Source of the DNA: an archaeon
GTDB lineage: Archaea; Asgardarchaeota; Thorarchaeia; Thorarchaeales; Thorarchaeaceae
Length of the DNA stretch: 32,000 nucleotides
Assembly (NCBI GenBank): GCA_024275415.1
Contig: JAJRZD010000091.1
Location: forward strand, 30,001-62,000
Direction of reading: 5' to 3'
Translations under genes and position numbers: made by a program
Part shown: positions 1 through 9,403 of the stretch, in pieces
Position numbering within the stretch: position 1 is the stretch's first letter
Layout of the letters: each line of letters begins with the position of its first letter
The notes under the pieces: model-generated
Databases searched by the model: none
Told to the model about the DNA's origin: nothing
Seen by the model: the letters and a program-made list of their open reading frames with translations, nothing else

Positions 1-1277
1 GCAATCTCGCCTATTTCCCCGATGGGCATCTCGTTGGTTCCAGTTTCAACATCAACAATTTTGCAGATAGTGTCCGATACCGGCAATCCTATCGATCCGA
101 ACTTCCGGAATCGTCTGTTAGTCGGATTGATATGAGTGACAGGTGAGGTTTCCGTGAGACCATACCCCTCGAACAGCAATGCGCCAGTGACAGCCTCGAA
201 GTTTTTTGCCAGCTCAGGAGGCAATGGAGCTGCTCCTGAGCTACAAATCGTGATGGACGAAAGGTCATAGTCTTTCACGTTGGGGTGATTAGCAATGGCT
301 GCATATAGTGCTGGGACACAATTCAAGACTGTTGCCTTGCTTTTCTCAATGTCCCGCAAGAGGTCTGACAGGGGTGGGTCGCCTGACCTCGGATCTGGTA
401 TGCAAACAAGCTGTCCCGCATACCAAACCGACATGAGCAACGTGAGTGTAAGCCCATAGCTGTGATACCATGGTACAGCCCCACAGAAGACCTCCTCACC
501 ATGGCGTATTCGTCCTGGTGGGTGCGGTGCTGCATCCTCTTCGTCAAGAAACACCCACTCACTGATCTGAAGGATGTTGGAAATCAGATTCATGTGCGTC
601 AGTTCCGCTCCTTTTGGAGTGCCCGTAGTCCCTCCTGTGTATATGAGGACCGCAGTATCATCTGGGTTCACGGTTATTGTCGGAGCGGTTGGATCATGCT
701 CTGACACTACTTTGTGATAGAAGAATGTCTTGTCCTCTTCATAGTATGGACTTTTTGGCACCATTCCAAGCAACCCTCCGATTGCTGCTTTAACTTTCGG
801 CAAGAACGGCTTGAGGTTGCAGACGATGACTGTGTCGACCTGTGTCCCTTTGATTGCTTCGTAGCATGTGGGCGTGAAGACAGGATGATCGAGCACAAAA
901 ACTGCAGTCGCTCCTGTATCTGTGAGTTGGTGGTTCAGTTCACCTGCCTTGTAGAGTGGGTTACAGGTCACAACCCTTGCACCTGCTTTCAGTGCCCCGA
1001 AGAATGCCACCGGAAAATGAGGTACATTCGGTAGGAACACTGCGACAACATCACCCTCCTTGATGCCGCGCTTGTTCAGAAATGCAGCAACACGGTTAGC
1101 GTCATCTCGCATCTCTCTATATGTTCTTGTCTGTCCCATGAACCATGTGAACGGCAGATGACCACTTTTGTCGGCCGCTCTGTCTAGCATCGCAAACAGC
1201 GGCTCCCTTGGATAGTCAAGAGATTTCCGAGCGCTCTTTGGCCATGCAGCGCCATCTTGCCAGAATAAATCACCCAA
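1..1277 (-). CDS. fadD: Long-chain acyl-CoA synthetase (AMP-forming), paralog 1; 3' end runs off the window
   Basis: Missing from the ORF track because it is truncated; translated by hand. Probable TTG start at 1277 gives MGDLFWQDGAAWPKSARKSLDYPREPLFAMLDRAAD. Contains the AMP-binding motif YTGGTTGTPKG and FEGYGLTETSPVTH, and is collinear with the paralog at 1470-3233. Confidence 0.9.
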   Translation of the reverse strand, partial: MGDLFWQDGAAWPKSARKSLDYPREPLFAMLDRAADKSGHLPFTWFMGQTRTYREMRDDANRVAAFLNKRGIKEGDVVAVFLPNVPHFPVAFFGALKAGARVVTCNPLYKAGELNHQLTDTGATAVFVLDHPVFTPTCYEAIKGTQVDTVIVCNLKPFLPKVKAAIGGLLGMVPKSPYYEEDKTFFYHKVVSEHDPTAPTITVNPDDTAVLIYTGGTTGTPKGAELTHMNLISNILQISEWVFLDEEDAAPHPPGRIRHGEEVFCGAVPWYHSYGLTLTLLMSVWYAGQLVCIPDPRSGDPPLSDLLRDIEKSKATVLNCVPALYAAIANHPNVKDYDLSSITICSSGAAPLPPELAKNFEAVTGALLFEGYGLTETSPVTHINPTNRRFRKFGSIGLPVSDTICKIVDVETGTNEMPIGEIGEI

Positions 1278-1433
1278 TCACGGTCATCTCCGTATCGCTA
1301 TCAAATACCATTCACTACCTAATGAAGCCTCTCCTCTTAATCCTTCGGTCTCCTCAGACCAGTTCGGCCATGGATTTAACACTCATTCCCTGTAATCGGA
1401 CGCTTTTTCACGTTCGCTATGTCTTTTTTCCTG

Positions 1434-1470
1434 TCAAAAAAAGAAGGGGACGAGGGAAACATTCTCCCTC
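1434..1470 (-). terminator. Putative terminator: GAGGGA/TCCCTC hairpin followed by a pyrimidine/T tract
   Basis: The minus strand reads GAGGGAgaatgttTCCCTCgtccccttcTTTTTTT, starting at the stop codon of the 1470-3233 gene. Confidence 0.5.
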
Positions 1471-3233
1471 TATGCCATTCCCCGTTTCTTCAACTCCGCC
1501 GCGCGAAGCTCGCGCCTGAGAACCTTGCCTACCTGACTCAGGGGCAGCTCATTCACGAACTCCACTTCCTTGGGGCGCTTGTATCCCGCCATCTTGTCCT
1601 TTGCCCACGCAATGAACTCGTCTTCGGTGGCGGTTTCCCCGTCCTTCAGAACGATAAACGCCTTCACATATTCGTTGCTCGGATCGTCTTTTCTCGGAAG
1701 TCCAATCACTGCCGCCATCTTTACCTTCGGGTGTGTGAAGAAGATGTCTTCTATCTCCCGTGGGTATGCCTTCAAGCCACCTACGTTTACCATGTCTTTC
1801 TTGCGGTCAGATATAACAAAGTAGCCCTCTTCATCCATATGACCGATGTCGCCCGTGAGGAAGAAGCGTTTCCCGTCTATCTCGCGCATGACGTTCTCTG
1901 TTTCCTCGGGTTTGTTATAGTAGCCCATCATGACCTGGGGGCCATGAACCGCAATCTCTCCTGTTTCTCCCGGAGGAAGAACCTTCGTTCCTGTTTCGAC
2001 ATCGACGATACGCGCAATCGTATTAGGGATTGGCAGACCAATTGAACCGAATCTTCTATCCTTTTTCGTAGTGGGATTGACATGAGTCACTGGAGACGTT
2101 TCGCTGAGACCATATCCTTCAAACAGGATAGCTCCCGTGACCTCCTCGAACTTCTTTGCAAGTTCTGGAGGGAGCGGTGCAGCACCAGAGGTACAGATCT
2201 TGATCGAGTTTAGGTTGTGCTTGGTCACATTAGGATGGTTCACGACACCAGCATAGAGTGCAGGTACGCAGTTGAAGATAGTCCCTTTGTTCCGATCGAG
2301 TTCTTTGAGCAGGTCTGCAAGGGGTGGTTTTCCTGCGCGTGGGTCAGGAATACAGACCAACTTACAACTGAGTTCGGTCGCCAGCAACATGGTGAGAGTA
2401 AGCCCATAGCTATGATACCATGGCAATGCGCCTACGAATACTTCCTTTCCGCGTTGGATCCTCCCTGCTTGCTCCTCCGGGACATCATCAGGTGACAGCT
2501 TGACCCACTCGTAGACCTGGTGGACATTTGCGACCAGATTCGAATGTCGCAATGCAGCACCTTTAGGCGTTCCAGTAGTTCCACCAGTATAGAGGATTAG
2601 TGCCAGTTCGTCAGGGTCGATCTGGACATCAGGCGCCTTGGGTTCGTAGTTGTCAACAATATCATCATAGAAGAAGGTGATGCCTTCTTTATAGTACGGG
2701 CTTTTCGGTATCTTGCCGAGAAGCCCCCCTATGACCGCCTTTGCTTTTGGAAGGAATCGTTTCATACCGCATACGACCACGGTCTTGACATCAGTTCCCT
2801 CGATTGCTTTGTAAGCAACGGGTGTGAATGATCCGTGATCCATCACAAAGACCGCTGTCGCTCCTGAGTCCTTCAACTGGTAGTTCAATTCGCCGGCCTT
2901 GTATGCCGGGTTGCAGGTGACTGTCGTCGCCCCTGTCTTCAAGATACCGAAGAAGATCGAGGGGTAATGAGGCAAGTTCGGCAAGAAGATGGCAACCTTG
3001 TCGCCTTTCTTGATTCCCTTACTTGTCAAGAAGTTCGCGATGCGGTTCGCATCATCCCGTACCTCTCGGAATGTCCATGACTGTCCATCATATACTGTAT
3101 ATGGATAATCAGGGGTGTTGTCAGCTGCTCTGTCAAGCATGGCGAACAGAGGTTCTTTAGGGATGTCAATCTCCTTTCGTACACCCTCTGGCCACTTATG
3201 CTTATGCCAAAGATATTCTTCCAATTTTCTCAC
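1470..3233 (-). CDS. fadD: Long-chain acyl-CoA synthetase (AMP-forming), paralog 2
   Basis: 587 aa with YTGGTTGTPKG, GYGLSETSP, TGDIG, DRKKDMVNVGG and the C-terminal VGKVLRR lysine. GTG start preceded by AAGGA. Confidence 0.93.
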   Translation of the reverse strand: MRKLEEYLWHKHKWPEGVRKEIDIPKEPLFAMLDRAADNTPDYPYTVYDGQSWTFREVRDDANRIANFLTSKGIKKGDKVAIFLPNLPHYPSIFFGILKTGATTVTCNPAYKAGELNYQLKDSGATAVFVMDHGSFTPVAYKAIEGTDVKTVVVCGMKRFLPKAKAVIGGLLGKIPKSPYYKEGITFFYDDIVDNYEPKAPDVQIDPDELALILYTGGTTGTPKGAALRHSNLVANVHQVYEWVKLSPDDVPEEQAGRIQRGKEVFVGALPWYHSYGLTLTMLLATELSCKLVCIPDPRAGKPPLADLLKELDRNKGTIFNCVPALYAGVVNHPNVTKHNLNSIKICTSGAAPLPPELAKKFEEVTGAILFEGYGLSETSPVTHVNPTTKKDRRFGSIGLPIPNTIARIVDVETGTKVLPPGETGEIAVHGPQVMMGYYNKPEETENVMREIDGKRFFLTGDIGHMDEEGYFVISDRKKDMVNVGGLKAYPREIEDIFFTHPKVKMAAVIGLPRKDDPSNEYVKAFIVLKDGETATEDEFIAWAKDKMAGYKRPKEVEFVNELPLSQVGKVLRRELRAAELKKRGMA

Positions 3234-3384
3234 TCCTTAACGCTCGCGTTATATGAACAAGTTTTCACTTGTCGCAATAGTACTTCTATACTACATACCT
3301 CTAGATATGTTCTTCTACGCAACTGAAACCTGCAATCATGTACGCTTTTGGACATGGAATATCAATATCATAAGAGATAAGATG

Positions 3385-3391
3385 TATAAAA
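3385..3391 (+). promoter_or_regulatory. Putative TATA box for the dehydratase operon
   Basis: TATAAAA ends about 24 nt upstream of the in-frame GTG at 3415, which would fit a near-leaderless transcript. Confidence 0.4.
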
Positions 3392-3414
3392 CCAAAGGGA
3401 ATGCATTACACAAG

Positions 3415-4632
3415 GTGGATTCTCTCTTGAGCGACGGAGAAGTCATTGATAGTTCAACTGAGCGATTACGGAATCTGAGCAAGCAGGGTGGCACGATCAT
3501 TGGGTATTTGTATCCCCATACGCCCATCGAGCTCTTTTTGGCACACGGACTTACTCCATCTCTTATGCGAGTGGACCCTCAAATGTCTGCGGGCTTTGAA
3601 GATAGCCTACAGACCTTTGCCTGTGCCTTTACGAGGAACGTCTATTCACAACGTGCGCATGGCGGGTTTATCGATTATAGCGGATTCCTTTTTCCCGGTA
3701 ATACATGTGATGCTCTTCAGAATGTTGGTGATGTGTGGAGGCAGAGGTTCTCAGAGGACACTGTCCTCCGGCTGACCTACCCCGTATCGCCACGTTCGGA
3801 AAGTACAGTGTCGTTTCTTGCAGAGGAAATGCGGTTGCTGAGCAAGGCACTTGAACGCCAGTATGGCAAATCGTTCTCCCAGGATGAATATTCTACTGCT
3901 GTTTCACTGGTCAATTCCTTTAGAACCGGAGCCCAGTTCCTGTACGCAAGTCGTATCGTGAATCCTGAAACACCCTCTTATCGTGAGCTTGTGGGATTGG
4001 TCGTGGACTTCATGGTCGCTCCCGTGGAAGGTCTCCTCCGGGATCTTGATGAGATGGTTTCTGTCGCTAAGAGCACAAATGATGCACAAGGCAAGGCCGG
4101 TCTTGTTGAGAATGTTCTGCAAGGCTTGATGGCGGGAACTCCTTTGCAAATACATATTGAGGAACTTCCAGAACATACACGTCTTCTTGTTCTTGGAGGA
4201 ATGGTCGATCCGTTCAATCTTGCCGAGCTGGTGGATGGTATCGAGAATGCCACCGCAAATGTGATTGCTCTTGATATGCTCAGCTTCAGCTTTAAATCCA
4301 TCTTCACTCCAACTGTCGAGTCTTCGAACAACCCCTATATTTCATTGGCGAAAGCAATTCTTGGAGCACCACTTGAGCCAACCCAAGAAGGTCTACAACG
4401 AAGGATGGCATTTCTCAGGCAACTGCTTGAGACACACATATTTGATGGCATTGTCGTATGCGAGCAGTCCTTCTGCGACCCAGATGAGTTCGAGGCACCA
4501 TCGATGTATCGTATTGCAGATGAGATAGGCATCCCATCATTGCGGTTACCCATAGACCCAGAGCTGTCTGATCGAGGTCGGCTTGAAGGAAGGATCCAGA
4601 CATTCCTTGAAACCCTTGAGGAGGACAAATGA
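3415..4632 (+). CDS. 2-hydroxyacyl-CoA dehydratase beta-type subunit (HadC/HgdB/FldC family)
   Basis: Three candidate cluster cysteines in CAF, NTCD and QSFCDPDEFEAP, plus the C-terminal RLEGRIQTFLE. Start placed at GTG 3415 (MDSLLS) because of the TATA box and resemblance to HadC N-termini; alternatives are ATG 3382 and the ORF-track start 3253. Confidence 0.85.
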   Translation: MDSLLSDGEVIDSSTERLRNLSKQGGTIIGYLYPHTPIELFLAHGLTPSLMRVDPQMSAGFEDSLQTFACAFTRNVYSQRAHGGFIDYSGFLFPGNTCDALQNVGDVWRQRFSEDTVLRLTYPVSPRSESTVSFLAEEMRLLSKALERQYGKSFSQDEYSTAVSLVNSFRTGAQFLYASRIVNPETPSYRELVGLVVDFMVAPVEGLLRDLDEMVSVAKSTNDAQGKAGLVENVLQGLMAGTPLQIHIEELPEHTRLLVLGGMVDPFNLAELVDGIENATANVIALDMLSFSFKSIFTPTVESSNNPYISLAKAILGAPLEPTQEGLQRRMAFLRQLLETHIFDGIVVCEQSFCDPDEFEAPSMYRIADEIGIPSLRLPIDPELSDRGRLEGRIQTFLETLEEDK

Positions 4633-5840
4633 AAATGAGCGAGGAGAAAGCATACCGACGGCTTGAAACATCCCAACTACTCCAACAGATTTCGTTCCGA
4701 CATATGCTCGAGGCACACGCTGCGAGCGAGGACGGAAACCTGACTTGGATTACGTCAGGGTTTCCCGTCGAGATCCCAATTGCCATGGGCATCGGGGTAG
4801 TGTATCCTGAGCAATATGCAGCGATAGTCGGTGCTCAGAAGGTAGGCCCTGACATCTGCGGACTTGCCGAAGAATATGGGTACTCAAACGAGCTATGTTC
4901 TTACGCACGAGCAAGCATCGGTGCGACGATAAAACCTGACCAGAGCCCTCTTGGGGGACTTCCACGACCTCAGGCATTGTTGGCATGCAATAATATTTGT
5001 GGCACGGTCTTGAGGTGGTATGACGCTGTATCAGAGCTGACAGGAGCTCCTGTGTACCTGTTTGATACTCCACCCATCGATGACGAGCAACTGCCTCACC
5101 ATGTCGCATATGTTCGTCAAGGGCTACACAAGTTGGTAGACTTCTTAGCCAAAAAGTTCGACACAACAATGGAAAAGGAAAACCTGAGAAAGGTATCGCA
5201 GTATTCGAGTGATGCCATTCGGTTATGGATCGACTCGTTAGAGGCGTGCAAGAACAAGCCCAGCCCCCTTAATTGTGCAGACAGGTTCTTGACCATGGCG
5301 CCAGTCGTCAGCAGTCGTGGAAAGGACTATTGTGTGGAGTTCTATCAGGCTTTGAACGATGAGGTGCGAGGTCGTGTGAAGGACGGCATTGGTGCCATCC
5401 GCGACGAGCGAGTCCGTCTGCTGTGGGACAACATCCCTCCGTGGTTCCAGATATTCAGGTTCTTCAATGGGTTGGCAAAGAAAGGTGTGGTCTTTCCTGC
5501 TGACACATACACTCATGCATGGTCAGGGAAGGTTTCCGGTGACGATCTCTATGGGAGCATCACCGAGGTGTACAGCAATGTCTACCTGAACAAGGGTCTC
5601 GAAGCAAAGGCTGACAAGATGGTGCAGCTTATCAAAGACTATGCCCTCGATGGTTTCATCATGTTCTCAGTGAGGTCATGCAAACGTTACTCCCTTGGAC
5701 AGATGGTGACACGAGAACTTGTCACGGAGCGAACTGGTGTGCCTGGCACTATCATCGAAGGTGATATGGTCGATAGCCGCCTTTTCAATGATGCCCAGAT
5801 CCAGACTCGTGTCGAGGCATTACTTGAGATGTTCGTGTGA
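4629..5840 (+). CDS. 2-hydroxyacyl-CoA dehydratase alpha-type subunit (HadB/HgdA/FldB family)
   Basis: WITSGFPVE, YPEQYAA, LCSYAR, CNNICG, RSCK and QIQTRVEALLE. Overlaps the upstream stop codon (ATGA). Confidence 0.88.
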   Translation: MKMSEEKAYRRLETSQLLQQISFRHMLEAHAASEDGNLTWITSGFPVEIPIAMGIGVVYPEQYAAIVGAQKVGPDICGLAEEYGYSNELCSYARASIGATIKPDQSPLGGLPRPQALLACNNICGTVLRWYDAVSELTGAPVYLFDTPPIDDEQLPHHVAYVRQGLHKLVDFLAKKFDTTMEKENLRKVSQYSSDAIRLWIDSLEACKNKPSPLNCADRFLTMAPVVSSRGKDYCVEFYQALNDEVRGRVKDGIGAIRDERVRLLWDNIPPWFQIFRFFNGLAKKGVVFPADTYTHAWSGKVSGDDLYGSITEVYSNVYLNKGLEAKADKMVQLIKDYALDGFIMFSVRSCKRYSLGQMVTRELVTERTGVPGTIIEGDMVDSRLFNDAQIQTRVEALLEMFV

Positions 5841-5853
5841 GGGAAACTTCTTC

Positions 5854-6636
5854 ATGAGTGTACAGTATGGGATTGGGGTCGATGTAGGTTCGACCTCGAC
5901 AAAGGCGGTCATTGTGGATGCAGTGGGACGCATGGTTGCCTCACACCTGATACCCACTGGAGGCTCAGCTGCCTTGTCAGCAGCGAAATGTGTCGAGAGG
6001 ATTGTTGCTGATGTCGGTATTCGTCAGGATGACACTCCCATCGTGAGTACAGGCTACGGCCGAGCTCAGGTCAATGGTGCCGGTGAACGGATCACTGAGA
6101 TAACCTGTCACAGCATTGGTGTCCACCATCTCAACCCCGAAATCGCCCTGCTCATCGATGTGGGTGGTCAAGACTCGAAGGTCATCAGAATTGGGAAGAA
6201 CGGTAGGCCCGCGGACTTCGAGATCAACGACAAGTGCAGTGCTGGAACAGGACGTTTTCTTGAGGTGATGTCCCGTGTCCTTGAAATCCCCCTTCCCGAG
6301 CTTGGTGCCCTTGCTCTAGAGTCAACGGCCCCTTCTGCTATCAGCAGCACCTGTACCGTCTTCGCTGAAAGCGAGGTCATCGGTCGCATCGGTGCTGGTG
6401 ACTCTGTCAAGGATATCGCTGCTGGCATCCATCTCTCGATGGCATCAAAGATTGGCACTCTCTCTCGTCGTGTTGGGGTCGTCGAACCTGTCTGTGTGAC
6501 AGGAGGTGTTGCTCTGAATCCTGCTTTCAGGTTCTACCTCTCCAAACAGATTGGTGTCGAACTCTGGGTTCCCGAAGAGCCCCAGCTCACTGGAGCCCTT
6601 GGTGCCGCCATCCTTTCTCTAAAGAACAATGATTAG
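5854..6636 (+). CDS. ATP-dependent dehydratase activator (HadI/HgdC family, ASKHA [4Fe-4S] ATPase)
   Basis: GVDVGSTSTK, EITCH, DVGGQDSK, NDKCSAGTGRFLE and TVFAESEVI. ATG at 5854; the ORF-track extension to 5719 overlaps the upstream gene. Confidence 0.92.
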   Translation: MSVQYGIGVDVGSTSTKAVIVDAVGRMVASHLIPTGGSAALSAAKCVERIVADVGIRQDDTPIVSTGYGRAQVNGAGERITEITCHSIGVHHLNPEIALLIDVGGQDSKVIRIGKNGRPADFEINDKCSAGTGRFLEVMSRVLEIPLPELGALALESTAPSAISSTCTVFAESEVIGRIGAGDSVKDIAAGIHLSMASKIGTLSRRVGVVEPVCVTGGVALNPAFRFYLSKQIGVELWVPEEPQLTGALGAAILSLKNND

Positions 6637-6715
6637 TTGGCAGTGATCTTCTCTCACACAATTATATGATCCAGCGACAAAGCAGAGTGCCTGCTTGAAC
6701 ATGTCTAGATGGCAC

Positions 6716-7267
6716 CTAAGATGCAAGTGCTTTCTTACCGGCAGCAATCCCGAGTTCTAATGCCTTGAAGTTGGTGTCTACAAAACGGGGCCATCTGTCT
6801 TTAATCGCTTGTTTCAGTCCTTCGGGTGTCACGATTCCTGTGATGGCAGCAAGCACTCCCAGCATGACGACGTTGGTCGCCTGCTTCGTCCCGACCTCCT
6901 TGTCGGCAATCCGTGTGGCAGGTACTCTATACACCTTGACTCCTGCTGGAAGGTCACTTTCAATCTCGACAAGATCCTCGTCGATGATCAGGATACCGTC
7001 TTCCTTTAGACCTTCGACATACTCGAGGTACGCTGCCCTACTCATCGCAATGAAGACGTCTGGCTCCTGCACCTTGGGGTAATCGACTTCTTCGTCGTCT
7101 ACCACTATCTCGCTCTTGCTCGCCCCTCCCCGTGCTTCGGGGCCATAACTTTGCGTTTGCACGCACTGTCTTCCCTCCACTAATGACAGGGTTTCGCCCA
7201 GCACCACCGCCATGGTCACAATACCTTGTCCTCCAAACCCACCGATACGAATCTCAGTACGTGCCAT
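6716..7267 (-). CDS. korC: 2-oxoacid:ferredoxin oxidoreductase gamma subunit
   Basis: IRIGGFGGQG, QSYGPEARGGAS and NVVMLG motifs. Confidence 0.92.
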   Translation of the reverse strand: MARTEIRIGGFGGQGIVTMAVVLGETLSLVEGRQCVQTQSYGPEARGGASKSEIVVDDEEVDYPKVQEPDVFIAMSRAAYLEYVEGLKEDGILIIDEDLVEIESDLPAGVKVYRVPATRIADKEVGTKQATNVVMLGVLAAITGIVTPEGLKQAIKDRWPRFVDTNFKALELGIAAGKKALAS

Positions 7268-8116
7268 CTATATACTCTCCTTGAACTTTGTATGGGCAGC
7301 TCGGAGCACTGCCGTGTACTCGGGTTTCTCGATATCAACGAACTCCCCACATATGATCTTGGACTCGTACTCCAACTCCGCCTCGTGTGGTGGTAGCCCG
7401 TTCTTTATTTCTGCCACCTCTAACAGGTGCTCATGCATCTTGAGACCGTCCCCTAACCGGTTCATCCGACCGTACGCCGTCGGACACGCCCCAATAATCT
7501 CCACGAACGAGAACCCCTTCTTCTTTATCGCACGCTCTATCGAACGCGTCGCTCGCCGTGCCTGCACTGCTGTCCACCTAGCTACAAATGTAGACCCAGA
7601 TGATGCCGCTAACTTCACCAAGTTGAATGGGTGCTCGATGTTCCCTATCGGACGTGGACTCGTCTGTGAATACCTTTCATGTTCCGTAGTAGGACCAAAT
7701 TGACCGCCGGTCATACCATAATTAAAATTGTTTATACAAATGACTGTTATATCAATATTCCTGCGACAGGCGTGAATAAGATGATTACCGCCGATAGCGG
7801 CGATGTCACCATCACCTGAGATGACGATGACCTCAAGGTCAGGGTTTGCGATCTTGACGCCTTCAGCGAAGGCGATTGCCCTGCCGTGGGTAGTGTGGTA
7901 TGTACCAGTCTTGAAATAACCCGACGACCTGCCAGAGCAACCGATGCCAGACACGACGACGACCTTGTTGAAGTCGAGGCCGAGTTTGTCGATAGCACGG
8001 GCGACCATGTTGGTGACGATGCCAATGGAGCAGCCGGGGCAGTAAATCCACGGTTGACGGTCCTCACGGATGTATTTGGACATGGGGTGTCTGAGTACAG
8101 GGGCTGATTCGGTCAT
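7268..8116 (-). CDS. korB: 2-oxoacid:ferredoxin oxidoreductase beta subunit (TPP-binding)
   Basis: YCPGC, SGIGCS, HGRA, GDGD..IGGNH, NNFNYGMTGGQ and CPT. ATG at 8116 preferred to TTG at 8131. Confidence 0.92.
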   Translation of the reverse strand: MTESAPVLRHPMSKYIREDRQPWIYCPGCSIGIVTNMVARAIDKLGLDFNKVVVVSGIGCSGRSSGYFKTGTYHTTHGRAIAFAEGVKIANPDLEVIVISGDGDIAAIGGNHLIHACRRNIDITVICINNFNYGMTGGQFGPTTEHERYSQTSPRPIGNIEHPFNLVKLAASSGSTFVARWTAVQARRATRSIERAIKKKGFSFVEIIGACPTAYGRMNRLGDGLKMHEHLLEVAEIKNGLPPHEAELEYESKIICGEFVDIEKPEYTAVLRAAHTKFKESI

Positions 8117-8170
8117 TGAAGAGTTCTCCAAATCGAATTAGGGAGTCTGAGTTACCCCGCGAAGCATCCT

Positions 8171-8206
8171 GATAAAAGAGTTATTGCTTAGGATGTAACA
8201 ATGTTA
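8171..8206 (-). promoter_or_regulatory. Putative internal promoter for korB-korC: TTTTATC box plus TAACA-N-TGTTA palindrome
   Basis: CTTTTATC at 8171-8178 on the minus strand and a palindrome with a 1-nt spacer at 8196-8206, inside the 150-bp korA-korB gap. Confidence 0.35.
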
Positions 8207-8266
8207 ACCGAATCGACGTAGGCTGATACAGTTTCGAGGTGACGTTTGGTGAGAATCGTCAATCAA

Positions 8267-9403
8267 CTAGATGGAATCTACTTTGCGGATTTTGTCAAGT
8301 ATCTCATGTGGCAGCTGAGGCATTCCAGCCGGTTTTGTCATCAAGTGGACTGGAGTCGGTGCAGCGGACGCCTTGACCATGTAGTATGCCTGTCCTAGGT
8401 TCTGTTCAGCTACGATGAGATGCTTTACCTCAGTGGCGAGACTGGCGATAGTATCATCTGGGAATGGCCAGATGGTCTTTAGTCGCAACATCCCGACTTT
8501 GATCCCTTCGGCTCTAGCATCTTTGATAGCCCTTCGTGCACTTCTAGAAGGAGTGCCATAGGCGATGACAGCGATGTCAGCATCATCAAGCATGAACCTT
8601 TCAAGGTCAATGATATCGTCTGCATTCTTGAGGATTTTGTCATTGAGGCGAGTGATGAGCTCGATCTGCACATGTTCCTTGTCGCTTGGATAGCCACGCT
8701 CGTCGTGGGTCAGTCCAGTAGCATAGAATTGGTATTCAGACCCCAGCAGAGCCATGGGGGGCACGAGGTCATCATCAGGCTTGAAAGGTAGGTACTCTTC
8801 AGGCGGGCCGGAGGGTAGTTTTCTGTACGTCAGCTCAAGATCTTTCTCATCGGGGATAACGAGTCGCTCTCGCATATGTCCCACTGTTTCGTCGGCAAGA
8901 ACGAATACAGGGGTTCGGTATTTCTCTGCAAGATTGAATGCCTGTACAGTCTGATCGAACATCTCTTGCACAGACGCTGGGGTCAGTGCGATGATTTGGT
9001 AGTCACCATGACTTCCCCATTTTGCTTGCATGATGTCACCTTGTTGACCCTTGGTCGGTTGTCCGGTGCTTGGACCGCCTCGCATGATATTGACAAGCAC
9101 AAGAGGAGTTTCTGTCATGACAGCCAGTCCGATCGCCTCAAGCATCAAGCTTACACCAGGACCTGATGTGGCGGTCATCGCCTTTGTCCCTGTCCAAGAG
9201 GCACCGATCACACTTGTGATAGATGCGATCTCGTCCTCGTACTGGACGTATGCACCACCAACCTCGGGCATTCTCAGTGACATCCATTCAGCAATTTCGG
9301 TAGCTGGAGTTATCGGATACCCCCCAAAGTACCTACATCCCGCGCTCAATGCTCCTTCAGCACATGCAATATCACCCATAGTGAACATGATCCGTTCTGG
9401 CAT
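8267..9403 (-). CDS. korA: 2-oxoacid:ferredoxin oxidoreductase alpha subunit (KorA type)
   Basis: GYPITPATE, EDEIAS, TATSGPG, RGGPSTGQPT and GSHGDY. Confidence 0.93.
   Translation of the reverse strand: MPERIMFTMGDIACAEGALSAGCRYFGGYPITPATEIAEWMSLRMPEVGGAYVQYEDEIASITSVIGASWTGTKAMTATSGPGVSLMLEAIGLAVMTETPLVLVNIMRGGPSTGQPTKGQQGDIMQAKWGSHGDYQIIALTPASVQEMFDQTVQAFNLAEKYRTPVFVLADETVGHMRERLVIPDEKDLELTYRKLPSGPPEEYLPFKPDDDLVPPMALLGSEYQFYATGLTHDERGYPSDKEHVQIELITRLNDKILKNADDIIDLERFMLDDADIAVIAYGTPSRSARRAIKDARAEGIKVGMLRLKTIWPFPDDTIASLATEVKHLIVAEQNLGQAYYMVKASAAPTPVHLMTKPAGMPQLPHEILDKIRKVDSI

Noticed and set aside
3415-6636. Four-subunit class I benzoyl-CoA reductase
   Set aside because: There is only one activator gene and the alpha subunit motifs look HadB-like. 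Not fully excluded without a phylogeny.
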